Assembly: GCF_000092105.1 (NCBI RefSeq)
Contig: NC_014148.1
Coordinates: forward strand, 5,010,001 to 5,042,000
Source of the DNA: Planctopirus limnophila DSM 3776
Lineage (GTDB): Bacteria; Planctomycetota; Planctomycetia; Planctomycetales; Planctomycetaceae
Reading direction: 5' to 3'
DNA: 32,000 bases
Shown here: one piece after another, positions 1 to 9,219 of the stretch
Position numbering within the stretch: position 1 is the first letter of the stretch
How the letters are laid out: each line of letters opens with the position of its first letter
The notes under the pieces: generated by a model
The model's input: the letters and a program-made list of their open reading frames with translations, nothing else
Told to the model about the DNA's origin: nothing
The model's database searches: none
Program-made: the position numbers and the translations under genes

Positions 1-455
1 TGACTGGCCAGCCTCTTTTCAGTCGAAAAACGGTTTCCGAGAAAGTCCGCGCTCATCGTCAGGAGGCGCCTCCTCCGCTTCGCGAACTCCTTCCCGAACT
101 ACCCGCTTCTGTGCAGGAAACACTGGTCGCCATGCTGGCAAAAAATGTGGATGATCGACCAGCCACCGCCGAGGAAGTGGCCAACCGACTGGCTCCGTGG
201 TCGGTTCGGCAACCTGTGGAATTCGACTTCCCCAAGCTCCTCCGCAGCCGCTGGGTACAAGCGCATCGTCGGCTCAAGGAATGGGTCGGCCGCCAGCAAA
301 ACGCCCTTCTGGACGATTCGTCCGATGATCTGACGAATAACGATTCCGAGTCCAACGGCCAAAAACGTTCGTCTTCGAACCGACCCGTTGAACTGGCGAT
401 CTTCGACGCGATCCTGCATTCACAATCGCCAGGCGTCCCACGGCTCAAGAAATAG
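1..455 (+). CDS. Serine/threonine protein kinase, C-terminal part only (5' end lies left of the window)
   Basis: Frame 3 is open from base 3. The translation TGQPLFSRKTVSEKVRAHRQEAPPPLRELLPELPASVQETLVAMLAKNVDDRPATAEEVANRLAPW fits Hanks-type kinase subdomains X-XI and is followed by a low-complexity tail. Stop TAG at 453-455. Confidence 0.7.
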   Translation, partial: TGQPLFSRKTVSEKVRAHRQEAPPPLRELLPELPASVQETLVAMLAKNVDDRPATAEEVANRLAPWSVRQPVEFDFPKLLRSRWVQAHRRLKEWVGRQQNALLDDSSDDLTNNDSESNGQKRSSSNRPVELAIFDAILHSQSPGVPRLKK

Positions 456-461
456 TGCTTT

Positions 462-1223
462 TCAGACCGCCAGCAGCTCGTAGACCTGCCGGTCGGTCAA
501 CGTTTCGACCCGTAACTCGGCCCCCGTAAAGTCATGGCTGGCAGTGAACTCATGAGGAACCGCAATGGTTCTTGCCCGGGCCAGCACAGCCGCCCGCGTC
601 CCTGCGGCGCTGTCTTCAAACACCGCCATCTGCTCAGGACGAACTCCAAAGGTGCTGGCCGCCTTCAGATAGATCTCCGGGTGAGGCTTCCCTTGAGAGA
701 CATCTGCCGAGGTGAGAAAAAACTGAAAGTGGCTCATCAGCCCTGCCTGTTCCACAAGACTCTGCGCATAATCCCGTGGTGAAGATGTCGTGACTGCACA
801 CGGAATTCCTCGCTTCGATAAAGCACCCAGAAGCTCGACCACTCCGGGCATGGGTGCGAGCTTCTCACGGATCAGCTCATGATGAGCCTCGCGAGAAATC
901 TCTAAAAGATGAGCAGGATCGACATCAATCGCCAGATACTCGACCAGCCGGGTGAACGACTCCATCGGGCGGCGACCAATGATCACATCCATCACTTCGC
1001 GGGTCATCCGCCGCTCAAATTTTTGAAGCACTGTATCGCCGGCTTCAAAAAATAGATGCTCGGTATTGAACATCGTCCCATCCAGGTCAAAGCAGACAGC
1101 TTCGACTGCAGGTACTTTTCTCGGAGCGCTCTGTTGCCCGGAAGCCATCGTCACCACCGACATTGATCTGCCTTTAAGTTCGCGAAGAATCCGAATCAGC
1201 CCATTAAGGGTTGAACGTCCCAA
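462..1223 (-). CDS. HAD-IA family hydrolase (CbbY / beta-phosphoglucomutase-like phosphatase)
   Basis: Motif I CFDLDGTMFNTE, motif II VTTSS, motif III KPHPEIY and motif IV FEDSAAG are present. Codon 1223 is TTG; ATG at 1163 or 1148 are more likely starts. The stop lies 6 nt from the convergent kinase stop. Confidence 0.85.
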   Translation of the reverse strand: MGRSTLNGLIRILRELKGRSMSVVTMASGQQSAPRKVPAVEAVCFDLDGTMFNTEHLFFEAGDTVLQKFERRMTREVMDVIIGRRPMESFTRLVEYLAIDVDPAHLLEISREAHHELIREKLAPMPGVVELLGALSKRGIPCAVTTSSPRDYAQSLVEQAGLMSHFQFFLTSADVSQGKPHPEIYLKAASTFGVRPEQMAVFEDSAAGTRAAVLARARTIAVPHEFTASHDFTGAELRVETLTDRQVYELLAV

Positions 1224-1355
1224 TATCTTCGCAGATCGAGAGAAACAGAGCGATGGAACTTTGGTGACAAACTATCCATCATCAAAAGATCAAAACCTTC
1301 TGATGGCTACCTTGTTTTCATGGTTATTTTGATCACCGAACAGCTTTTCGACCCA

Positions 1356-3386
1356 TTACCGGGGTGGTGCCAGTTCCAGGGGAAGCTTGAGGGTCTCGGT
1401 CTTGCGTTTCACGGTGAAATCGACCTTGTCGCCGGCCTTGAACTTCCGCAGTGCTAAGTCGAAGTCATCCAGGTTGGTCACTTTATTGCCACCCACTTCA
1501 ATCACGAGATCGCCAGGCTTCAGCCCGGCCTTGTCGGCTGGTGAACCTGGTGCTGTCCCACTGATCGCATAGCCCGGTTCCTGAACGCCAAAATCCGGGA
1601 TCGTCCCGACATAAGGCCTGTTCCCTGAACGTCCCACATTGGCCGAGCCTTTCACTTCGACATACTCAGGCCGGGCAGGAGTGTTAATAACGACTTGAGC
1701 GATCTCATTGACGAGAGTCGCCACGCGCGTCATGCCATCGACATCAAGCTTATCCGTATCGTCCGAGGGGCGGTGATAATCGGGATGTAACCCGGTGAAG
1801 AAGTGCAGCACCGGGATCTTCTTCGTGTAGAACGATGAATGATCACTCGGGCCAAAACCTTCGGGCTTCTCGATGAGTTCAAAACCTGTTGTCTTATTGC
1901 CCTCGCGCAGCCACTCTTCGAACTGCTTCGCGGTCTTCACACCAAACACAGTCAGCTTGTTCTCCTGCAGCCGCCCGACCATATCCATATTGAGCATGGC
2001 CACGGTCTCATCCAGCGGGAAGATCGGCTCTTTGCAATATCGTGCCGAACCCAACAGCCCCAGCTCTTCACCGGTAAATGCCATAAACACCACACGACGG
2101 GCAGGTTTTTTCGGCTGAGCAGCCAGTAACCGGGCCACTTCGATCAGAACGGCTGTTCCGGAAGCATTGTCATCAGCCCCGTTGTGAATATCTGTCGAGC
2201 CCGGTGCCAGCGAACCGGAACCACCACGCCCCACATGATCGTAGTGCGCACCGATCACCACCGTTTCATTCGCCAAAGGCCCTTCGCCTTCCAGCACTCC
2301 AATCACGTTATGCACATCGGCACTCTGGCGGATGACTGTGGCTTCTCCCTGGGCCTTCCAGCCCGTGAGAACCCTGCTGCGTGGTGTCATCGTCGCATCA
2401 ATCTCTTCGGCGAGTTCCACAGCATTGGCCGAACCCACACTGCGCAGCATCTGGTTGAGAAAATCGATTCGCAAATGAAACGCGGGGAGACTCTCGCCAT
2501 CATTCGCAGCCGCATAACCAAAAGGCATGAGTTCATCCACAGGACTCGTTGCTGCATCCCGCGAGCGGCGGAATTGCGTGACAGCATCCTTCAAAGCCGT
2601 CAGCTTGGCCGATTGATCCTCATGACTGGCGTCGGCCAGTTGCTCGGCACTGGTCACGACTTTGCCTTCGGCTTTCTTGATCGCTGCTTCGCGAATCCGT
2701 TCTTTGTCGGCCAGCGTATAAGGATCATTCACAAACAGAATGGCGACCGCTTTGTGAGCCATGGCAGCGACAATCTTGCTCCGCAGATCACCTTGCCGAC
2801 CGCCACCTTTAGACGGCGAAAATGGCCCATCCTTCTGGCCTTGCCCGGGAGTTCTGCGAAAACAAACGACAACCTTTCCCGCTACATCGATCCCGGCATA
2901 GTCGTCGTACTTGGCCTCTTTGTCTTCGAGTCCATAGCCAATAAACGCAACTTCCCCTTCGAATTTTCCACTCGTCCCAAAGGCACCTACCTCGAAGTCG
3001 CGTCCCTTTTCGAGCACCAGTTCTTCACCTTTGGGTGAAAACAGCTTGAGTGAATTCGGCTCACCCAGCTTTGTCCCTGTCGGCAGCGAGAATGTCTGAA
3101 AGGCACCCCCATTCACGCGCGTGACATCAAGACCCGCCTTCTGGAACTCCTGGCGAATGAACTCTGCCGCTTTATTCAAACCTTCAGTACCAACGCCCCG
3201 GCCTTCCATCTCATCACTGGCCAGTACGCCCACATCCTGCTGAATGCGAACTTTCGACTCCGCCAGCTTTGTCGCTTCGGCTGCCACTCCCTCAGCAGGT
3301 GAGCACACCACCGCCAGCAATGCCCACAACCCCGAAAGCACCATCGACATATTCAGCCCAGAGACGCACAAACTCTTCATATCCAT
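1356..3386 (-). CDS. Secreted M28-family zinc aminopeptidase with PA-like insert and C-terminal PDZ domain
   Basis: Signal-peptide-like N-terminus (LSGLWALLAVVCSPAEG). M28 ligand blocks AHYDHVG, GADDNASGTAVL, FTGEELGLLGS, NMDMVG and SDHSSF. PDZ-like GSPADKAGLKPGDLVIEVGG at the C-terminus. Confidence 0.85.
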   Translation of the reverse strand: MDMKSLCVSGLNMSMVLSGLWALLAVVCSPAEGVAAEATKLAESKVRIQQDVGVLASDEMEGRGVGTEGLNKAAEFIRQEFQKAGLDVTRVNGGAFQTFSLPTGTKLGEPNSLKLFSPKGEELVLEKGRDFEVGAFGTSGKFEGEVAFIGYGLEDKEAKYDDYAGIDVAGKVVVCFRRTPGQGQKDGPFSPSKGGGRQGDLRSKIVAAMAHKAVAILFVNDPYTLADKERIREAAIKKAEGKVVTSAEQLADASHEDQSAKLTALKDAVTQFRRSRDAATSPVDELMPFGYAAANDGESLPAFHLRIDFLNQMLRSVGSANAVELAEEIDATMTPRSRVLTGWKAQGEATVIRQSADVHNVIGVLEGEGPLANETVVIGAHYDHVGRGGSGSLAPGSTDIHNGADDNASGTAVLIEVARLLAAQPKKPARRVVFMAFTGEELGLLGSARYCKEPIFPLDETVAMLNMDMVGRLQENKLTVFGVKTAKQFEEWLREGNKTTGFELIEKPEGFGPSDHSSFYTKKIPVLHFFTGLHPDYHRPSDDTDKLDVDGMTRVATLVNEIAQVVINTPARPEYVEVKGSANVGRSGNRPYVGTIPDFGVQEPGYAISGTAPGSPADKAGLKPGDLVIEVGGNKVTNLDDFDLALRKFKAGDKVDFTVKRKTETLKLPLELAPPR

Positions 3387-3522
3387 TCCGTCCTGACAGA
3401 TGTTCCTGCGGTACAGACTCTCTTCAACAATTCACGCAAGGTTTCGATGGCGACCTCTGCAAAGAGATCGATTGGCAGCCAGAATCATAACTCAAAGAGC
3501 TCTCACGACTCCGCCATTTTTC

Positions 3523-4644
3523 TCAAACGGCCAGAAATGCTTCCAGCACCAGTTCGCCCATGCGTACGGTCGAAACAGCCGGGCCACCCCCCGCAATGTC
3601 AGCTGTCCTGTGTCCACGAGACAAAACGTGATCGACCGCCTTCTCAATGGCCACCGCTTCCGTTTCCAGATGCAGCGAATGACGCAGCAGCATGGCCGCT
3701 GCGAGAATAGTAGCCAGCGGGTTTGCAATTCCCTTACCGGCAATATCCGGTGCGGATCCATGAATCGGCTCGTACAACCCTGGGCCATCTGCACCCAGAG
3801 AAGCCGAAGGCAACAGCCCCATCGAGCCGGGGAGCATTGAGCCTTCATCGGTGAGGATGTCACCGAAGAGATTCTCAGTCACCACGACGTCGAAGTTCTT
3901 GGGCTTCGAAATCAGGTGCATGGCCATGGCATCGATCAACACATGCTCCGTCTGCACATCCGGGAACTCAGCCTGCATGACACGATCAAACGTCTGGCGC
4001 CACAATCGCGAAACTTCGAGTACGTTGGCCTTATCCACGCTGGTCACTTTCTTGCGACGCCCACGCGCTGCCTGTCCCGCGAGACGGACAATCCGCTCGA
4101 TCTCGTAAGTGCTGTAGATCATCGTGTTGAAAGCGGTCTCGCTGCCATCCGGATTGGTCTTGCGGCCCGATTCCCCAAAGTACAACCCGCCGGTCAACTC
4201 GCGGAAGAACAGGATATCCACTCCCGCAACAATCTCGGTCTTCAAAGGCGAGGCCTGCACCAGATACGGCGAAGCCTTGATGGGGCGCACATTTGCGAAC
4301 AATCCCAGCTCTTTACGAATCTTGAGCAGACCCGCTTCGGGCCTGGTCTTGGCACTCGGGTTATCCCACTTCGGCCCACCCACAGCCCCCAGCAGAATCG
4401 CCTGGCTCGCCCGGCAGATCGATAACGTCTCATCGGGAAGAGCTTCACCCGTCGCGTCGATGGCACAGCCGCCAATCAGACCCCGCACGAACGAAAATTC
4501 GTGGCCAAACTTCTTCGCCACAGCCTGAAGCAGCTTTTCTGCTTCCGCCACGACTTCCACACCAATTCCATCGCCAGGCAACAAAGCAATCTGAGCACGC
4601 ACAGCTAACGCTTTCTCGAAGAGGTAGGCTTTTGACAGTTTCAA
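3523..4644 (-). CDS. leuB: 3-isopropylmalate dehydrogenase
   Basis: [31 protein letters not shown] and [19 protein letters not shown] blocks with a length of about 360 aa. Codon 4644 is TTG (GGAGGAG lies 10 nt upstream). An alternative GTG at 4602 would give the canonical short N-terminus. Confidence 0.9.
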   Translation of the reverse strand: MKLSKAYLFEKALAVRAQIALLPGDGIGVEVVAEAEKLLQAVAKKFGHEFSFVRGLIGGCAIDATGEALPDETLSICRASQAILLGAVGGPKWDNPSAKTRPEAGLLKIRKELGLFANVRPIKASPYLVQASPLKTEIVAGVDILFFRELTGGLYFGESGRKTNPDGSETAFNTMIYSTYEIERIVRLAGQAARGRRKKVTSVDKANVLEVSRLWRQTFDRVMQAEFPDVQTEHVLIDAMAMHLISKPKNFDVVVTENLFGDILTDEGSMLPGSMGLLPSASLGADGPGLYEPIHGSAPDIAGKGIANPLATILAAAMLLRHSLHLETEAVAIEKAVDHVLSRGHRTADIAGGGPAVSTVRMGELVLEAFLAV

Positions 4645-5303
4645 GCTTTCCCAGCTCCTCCCGATGACACCTCATCCTGTGCAATAACTGCAACCGGCAG
4701 GATCAACGTTCAGATTCGGGCAGGCCTTTTAGATTTGACGCTTCTACAAAGCATACGCGGTCGATTCCTCCTCCAACAGCCTCCGACGATGCGACTTTTC
4801 CATCGCACGCATTTCTCGAACAGCAGATTCAAGGCCCTGCACGCAGACATTTCCGATTGGATCGCGGCCTGCCCACCTGTCTCTCACCACCCGAGATGGC
4901 TCGAACATCTGGTCTTCAACCTCCCGGTACAACCGCAATGATCACAACCGCAACTTGCCCCACAGCAAAAGAGGCCCTGTCGCATCGATCACCCCGCGAA
5001 ATGCACACACAATCGCCACATCCCTTAAACCCGGAATCTCTCCCGAAGTGCCCCACAAACTCACGCCGAATTCCCAGTTTCTCACAGTCCCTCCGGTACA
5101 ACTCTCACCAGAGTGGGGTTTACATTCCTGCCAGGGAATGCTGTTGTTCATTTTCTAAACTCCCGCAAAACACCAGCGAAAACGATCCCCAACAGACATA
5201 ACCCCTTGCTACGTATACACTCACGCTGAACAATCCATAGAGTTTCTCTTACGAGATCTTGTCCTGCGACAAACCTTCGATTCCAGAAAAGGTTGCCTGA
5301 GCC

Positions 5304-7022
5304 GTGCTGATTCTTGAATGGGACAAGTCACAACTGACGGCCCTCACCAGTGACACTCGCATTTCCAAGGTTCTCGCCTGGCCCAACGGCGAGCGGATCG
5401 TGGAAACCGATGCTGGACATTCGTCCTGGCTGAAAGGTGAACTTGCCGAATTCCTGGGCAAAGAAAGCAAAGTCACACTCGTCATCCCTCGTGAAGACGC
5501 CATTCTCAGGCATCTCGAACTTCCTCCCACTCCCGAAGACGAAGTGCTCGATGTTGTCACGTTGCAGACCACCATGCGGTCATCGGTCGCACTCGATCAG
5601 GTGCTGCTCGATTACCTCCCTCTCAATGTCAAACTCCCACTGGCCGACGAACTGACTCCCAGTGGTCACATGCGCACCATCTCTCCGGAAGAAGCGGCTG
5701 CACAATCTCTTCCCAGCAGCACACTCCATGTGCTCGTTGCCACCATTTCTTCCAGTTTTGTGCGGAACATCCAGCAGCTTCTCGATTCGGTCGGATTAAG
5801 CGTCGTCCATGTGGCACTCTCGAGTTGTGGCTATGCCACGCTTTTGCGACAAGCCCTCGATCCTGCCGATCAGGCGGCCTTTGTCGTCGAGCGGGATGGC
5901 CGAGTCGAAACCACGGCCTTTGCCGATGGCCAGCTCCTTTTCGCCCATTCAGCGCGTGTCCCTCACGGAGCCCGCAATGAGCAGGGACGACCGACACCAC
6001 TCGCTGTGGGTGCCGAAATTTCCCGCGGATTGTTTGCCGCTCGGCGCATCGCTCCCGAGTTTCATCCCCGCCGGTTGATCATTGCCTCAGCCTCCGGAAT
6101 CGATGCCGATTTGAAAGAGGCTCTGGCTTCACAGTTTGAATGCCGGGTCGAAGAAGCTCAAGAACTGGTTTCCCGCACACCATTGGCGGGTGCCGCCAGC
6201 AAGCTGGTTGCAGACTCTGCAGGTCATTCCTCTCCAGAGATCTCGGCACAGGCGCTCGCCAACTGGATTGGCTGCCTGGGGTTCGTCACACCTCTTCCCG
6301 ATCAGTGTCGCCTCGATTTTCTCCACCCCCGAAAACCGGCTCCCAAGCCCGATTACCGCCGGGTGAAACTTGTTACTGCAGCCACAGCCGCACTCATGCT
6401 CACAGCCCTGGGAGTCGCCTGGCAAGCTTCGGTCATTGCCTCTCTCGATGAGCAGCTGCTGGCCATGAATGTTCGCAATGTCGATACCAAGACCACGTTG
6501 AAAAATGGCGAAGGCGATCAGAAAGTCTTCGTGGCTGTCGATGACTGGCAACGCCACGCCCCAAAAATCACAGTCGAACTCGGTCGGCAAGCCAAAGTTC
6601 TCCCTAACACTGAACGCCTTTTGTGGACCAACTGGTCAATCACGGCTGGCGCGGGCGAAGTTTATGGCCGGATGCAGGCTTCAGGTCTGGCCCGCACGAA
6701 CAGCGATGTGACCGATCTGGGCAATCGCATGGCGGAAACCAAAGAATACCGCATCGTCCCCCGCGAACTGGCAGGAATCAGCAAAGATCCCGATTACAAA
6801 CAACGTTTTGAAATCGACGCCACGTTGTTACCACCAGCCCCGCCACCCAAATCAGCAGCACCGGCAAAAGATGCGAACCTGCCCCTGCAGCCGCAAACGG
6901 CACCCAAGGCTGATAACAAGCTCCCAGCCTCCAAAGAACAACAGGCCAAAGAAACAGCGACCACCTCTGTGAAGTCCACTCTCGACTCGTTTGGCTCGGC
7001 AACCGATGGGGGTGAAGTATGA
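5304..7022 (+). CDS. PilM-PilN fusion-like (GspL-like) bitopic membrane protein
   Basis: GTG start. Residues 1-330 follow the PilM/GspL cytoplasmic pattern (KVTLVIPREDAILRHLELPPTPEDEVLDVV, LDQVLLDYLPL, HVLVATISSSFVRNIQQLLDSVGLSVVHVALSS), but read LILEWDKS where PilM has (G)LDIGS. Residues 336-345 (RLDFLHPRKP) resemble the PilN INLLPxR peptide. One TM helix follows at aa ~354-379 (nt ~6363-6440), then a ~125-aa PilN-like periplasmic part and a Pro/Ala/Lys/Gln-rich tail. The coding call is solid; the functional call is by eye only. Confidence 0.55.
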   Translation: MLILEWDKSQLTALTSDTRISKVLAWPNGERIVETDAGHSSWLKGELAEFLGKESKVTLVIPREDAILRHLELPPTPEDEVLDVVTLQTTMRSSVALDQVLLDYLPLNVKLPLADELTPSGHMRTISPEEAAAQSLPSSTLHVLVATISSSFVRNIQQLLDSVGLSVVHVALSSCGYATLLRQALDPADQAAFVVERDGRVETTAFADGQLLFAHSARVPHGARNEQGRPTPLAVGAEISRGLFAARRIAPEFHPRRLIIASASGIDADLKEALASQFECRVEEAQELVSRTPLAGAASKLVADSAGHSSPEISAQALANWIGCLGFVTPLPDQCRLDFLHPRKPAPKPDYRRVKLVTAATAALMLTALGVAWQASVIASLDEQLLAMNVRNVDTKTTLKNGEGDQKVFVAVDDWQRHAPKITVELGRQAKVLPNTERLLWTNWSITAGAGEVYGRMQASGLARTNSDVTDLGNRMAETKEYRIVPRELAGISKDPDYKQRFEIDATLLPPAPPPKSAAPAKDANLPLQPQTAPKADNKLPASKEQQAKETATTSVKSTLDSFGSATDGGEV

Positions 7023-8815
7023 ACACCCGCGAACGCAATCTCCTCATCGGACTGGGTGGAGCAGCCATCCTCTACGTGGCTTACAGCTATCTTTATCCGG
7101 CTGTCATGGCACCCATTACCGATCGGCAGAACAAGCTCGCTGAAGTGACCGAGAAGGTCGACAAAAGCGATGCCGAAATCCTTCAGCTTCTACAAAAACG
7201 TAAACAACTCGGCCAATGGAAAGCTGTCTCGTTACCAGCCGATCCTCCCACCACCAAACGACCTGATGCACTCAACGCCCAAAGGCTCTATCTCAACTGG
7301 CTGGGGTCCATCGCAGAAAAAAGTCGTCTTCAACGGGTAAAAACAGCACCCGAACGTCGTCAAACCAAACCCAACCTGTATATCAGCGTGGCCATCTCTT
7401 TGACGGGTGAAGGGACTGCCGCACAAATCTCCGATTTCCTCGCCCGGCTCGAACTGGCACCACTGCTACACCGCGTGAATCGCGTCCGCATCGAATCGAC
7501 AGATGTCACCGGAAATCCCCCCTTCAAGATCGATCTCGAACTCGAAGGGATCGTCTTCCCCGAATCACGCCCTCGCAACACCCTCTTCCCTGAAACATCT
7601 CTCAAAGAGGCCATGGCTGCTGGCAGTACCGAGTTAACGGTTGCCGATCCACTCGCCATACGCCTCCCCACTCCCTTCGAGATTCTCGTCGGCGATGAAC
7701 GCCGCCAGGTGCAGGCGATCAACACGACGACGGGCGTCTGGAAACTGCAAAAATCTCCTTCCAACAAAGCTTTTCCTGCGGGGACGATCGTGCAGGTCCC
7801 TTCTGCACCTCCCGAAGCGATGATTACCGCTCTTGCCAGTCAGATTCAGAGTGGCTGGAGATTCCTCAAGCCCGTCCCGCCCGCCAAATACGATCCACGC
7901 CTCGAAGCTCAAGGCGAAGCCGTGCTTCTGACGGGAACCCCGCTGCGCCAGACCATCGAATTGAAAGGGACTGCCGGTTCCACTCCCACTCTCAAACCCA
8001 CCGGCACCTGGCCTGCCGGTCTCTCGTTCGATGCTCAATCTCGTCGCATTACCGGCGAACTCCCGAAAGGATCAGCATCGGCAGAAACCTCAAAAAATGA
8101 ACTCACCTTGACGTTCGATGTCCTTCCCGAGAAAGACGCCTTCCCGACTGTCGAACGTTCCATTCGCTTTACGATCAAAGACCCGAACACACCCCCCGAA
8201 ATCGCTGCCGTCACCAAACTGTTACCAGCCGTTGCCGGCCGTGTGTGGAAGCTCGAACCTCAGGCGACGGATCGAGAAACGTCTCGCGACAAACTCAAAT
8301 GGTCGGCAGTTTCATTGATCGAAGGGATGTCGTTCGACTCCAAAACCGGCAGGATCGAATGGATCCCTTCGATCTCTGCCGAACCAGGTGCCAAATCGGT
8401 GGAATTGCGTGTCACAGACGATTCGAACCCGCCTCTGGCAGCCACGCACGTGTTCAACTTCGAGCTCTCCGAAGATCTCCCGCAGTACACTTATCTGATC
8501 GCTGTCATCGAAGGGCCGGTCTCCTCAGAAACCACCCCTGCCAACACCACCCCAGCCAACAGTTCCAACTCTTCTGCCGGGATGGAAGTCTGGTTCTTTG
8601 ATCGCCTCCAGAGCCGTAAACTCGTGATGCTTCCGGGCACCCCGCAAGTGATAGGCGACCTGGAGTTCGTGATTGAAGAAGCCACACCTCAGCAGATCAT
8701 TCTGCTGGTGAACGGCCAAAGGCAGCGCCTCGAACTCGGCAAAAGTCTACGCGAACTGGTGCCTCTGGAGACAGCGGCCACAGGAACCAACGCACCCTCG
8801 ACTGACACCCGCTGA
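7019..8815 (+). CDS. PilO/GspM-like membrane protein extended by two putative-Ig (cadherin-like) repeats and a PilP/GspC-HR-like C-terminal domain
   Basis: The ATG overlaps the upstream stop (ATGA, 7019-7022). TM helix at aa ~7-28, then a coiled coil and a PilO-like core (YISVAISLTGEGTAAQISDFLARLELAPLLHRVNRVRIES). Two Ig-like motifs: WPAGLSFDAQSRRITGELP (aa 331-349) and LIEGMSFDSKTGRIEWIPS (aa 433-451). The C-terminal YTYLIAVIEG...VWFFDRLQSRKLVMLPGTPQVIGDLEFVIEEATPQQIILLVNGQRQRLELGKSL (aa ~488-582) resembles a PilP/GspC-HR domain. Confidence 0.5.
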   Translation: MNTRERNLLIGLGGAAILYVAYSYLYPAVMAPITDRQNKLAEVTEKVDKSDAEILQLLQKRKQLGQWKAVSLPADPPTTKRPDALNAQRLYLNWLGSIAEKSRLQRVKTAPERRQTKPNLYISVAISLTGEGTAAQISDFLARLELAPLLHRVNRVRIESTDVTGNPPFKIDLELEGIVFPESRPRNTLFPETSLKEAMAAGSTELTVADPLAIRLPTPFEILVGDERRQVQAINTTTGVWKLQKSPSNKAFPAGTIVQVPSAPPEAMITALASQIQSGWRFLKPVPPAKYDPRLEAQGEAVLLTGTPLRQTIELKGTAGSTPTLKPTGTWPAGLSFDAQSRRITGELPKGSASAETSKNELTLTFDVLPEKDAFPTVERSIRFTIKDPNTPPEIAAVTKLLPAVAGRVWKLEPQATDRETSRDKLKWSAVSLIEGMSFDSKTGRIEWIPSISAEPGAKSVELRVTDDSNPPLAATHVFNFELSEDLPQYTYLIAVIEGPVSSETTPANTTPANSSNSSAGMEVWFFDRLQSRKLVMLPGTPQVIGDLEFVIEEATPQQIILLVNGQRQRLELGKSLRELVPLETAATGTNAPSTDTR

Positions 8816-8947
8816 GCCATTGAATTCATCCTCACAAGCGAAATCAGGGCACCGATTGTTTGCCAATGGCGATTGATCATGAGTATCCCGCAATGAGGCT
8901 GGTTGTTGATAGAACGCCACATACGCTTCGAGTTCCGCTCATCCCAA

Positions 8948-9015
8948 CCTTCTCCCGTCAGAACGGGAGAAGGAGCAAAAACCCCTCGCCCACGTCTGCG
9001 TGGGAGAAGGTTTTT
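8948..9015 (+). terminator. Nested hairpin / terminator-like element built on the GGGAGAAGG motif
   Basis: CCTTCTCCCGT-CAGA-ACGGGAGAAGG forms a perfect 11-bp stem (8948-8973). A second GGGAGAAGG lies at 9002-9010. It is preceded by the CCCACG-TCTG-CGTGGG hairpin (8989-9004) and followed by TTTTT (9011-9015). The element sits between convergent genes. Confidence 0.5.
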
Positions 9016-9219
9016 CAGGTATGCGCACGGCTTCTTGTTGTCGTGCCTTCGCTCAACAACCCAGCTACAAGTTGGCCGGGCGACCCTTAGTGGAGGATGA
9101 CAGCCCTCTGGCGGGTTGTGAAGACAGGCTTGCCCGGTATCAACTCAAAACAGGCTGTAAGCATGGCACACACAACGTTACGGCTTCGTAGTAACGAATG
9201 ACAACGCAAACAGTGGCGA

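Noticed and set aside
39-50. GAGAAAGTCCGC, resembling the RNase P RNA GAGGAAAGTCCGGGC core.
   Set aside because: The match is imperfect, there are no surrounding P4/P1 helices, and it lies within the kinase coding frame.
2184-3038. A 284-aa ORF on the plus strand. Similar long antisense ORFs occur at 3916-4425, 9971-10510, 19118-19609, 25997-26884 and 27101-27829.
   Set aside because: All lie entirely inside genes with clear family signatures (M28, leuB, XylR-like, sulfatase, PSD1). Their Arg/Cys/His-rich composition is implausible for real proteins.
4924-5102. The 10-mer CCGGTACAAC repeated 169 nt apart.
   Set aside because: Hundreds of repeated 10-mer pairs are expected in a 32-kb window. 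It is mentioned only as context for the C-rich spacer.
4857-5201. A 114-aa plus-strand ORF, and neighbouring 61-69-aa ORFs, in the leuB / PilMN-like spacer.
   Set aside because: The Pro/Thr/Ser/Cys-rich translation follows directly from the C-rich strand bias. There is no RBS and no recognisable fold pattern. I treat the region as non-coding.
8418-8436. GATTCGAACCCGC, the reverse complement of a tRNA T-arm-like GCGGGTTCGAATC.
   Set aside because: The flanking bases (CGTCT) cannot complete a T-stem, and there is no acceptor or anticodon arm. The string lies in frame inside ORF 7019-8815 (…TDDSNPPL…).
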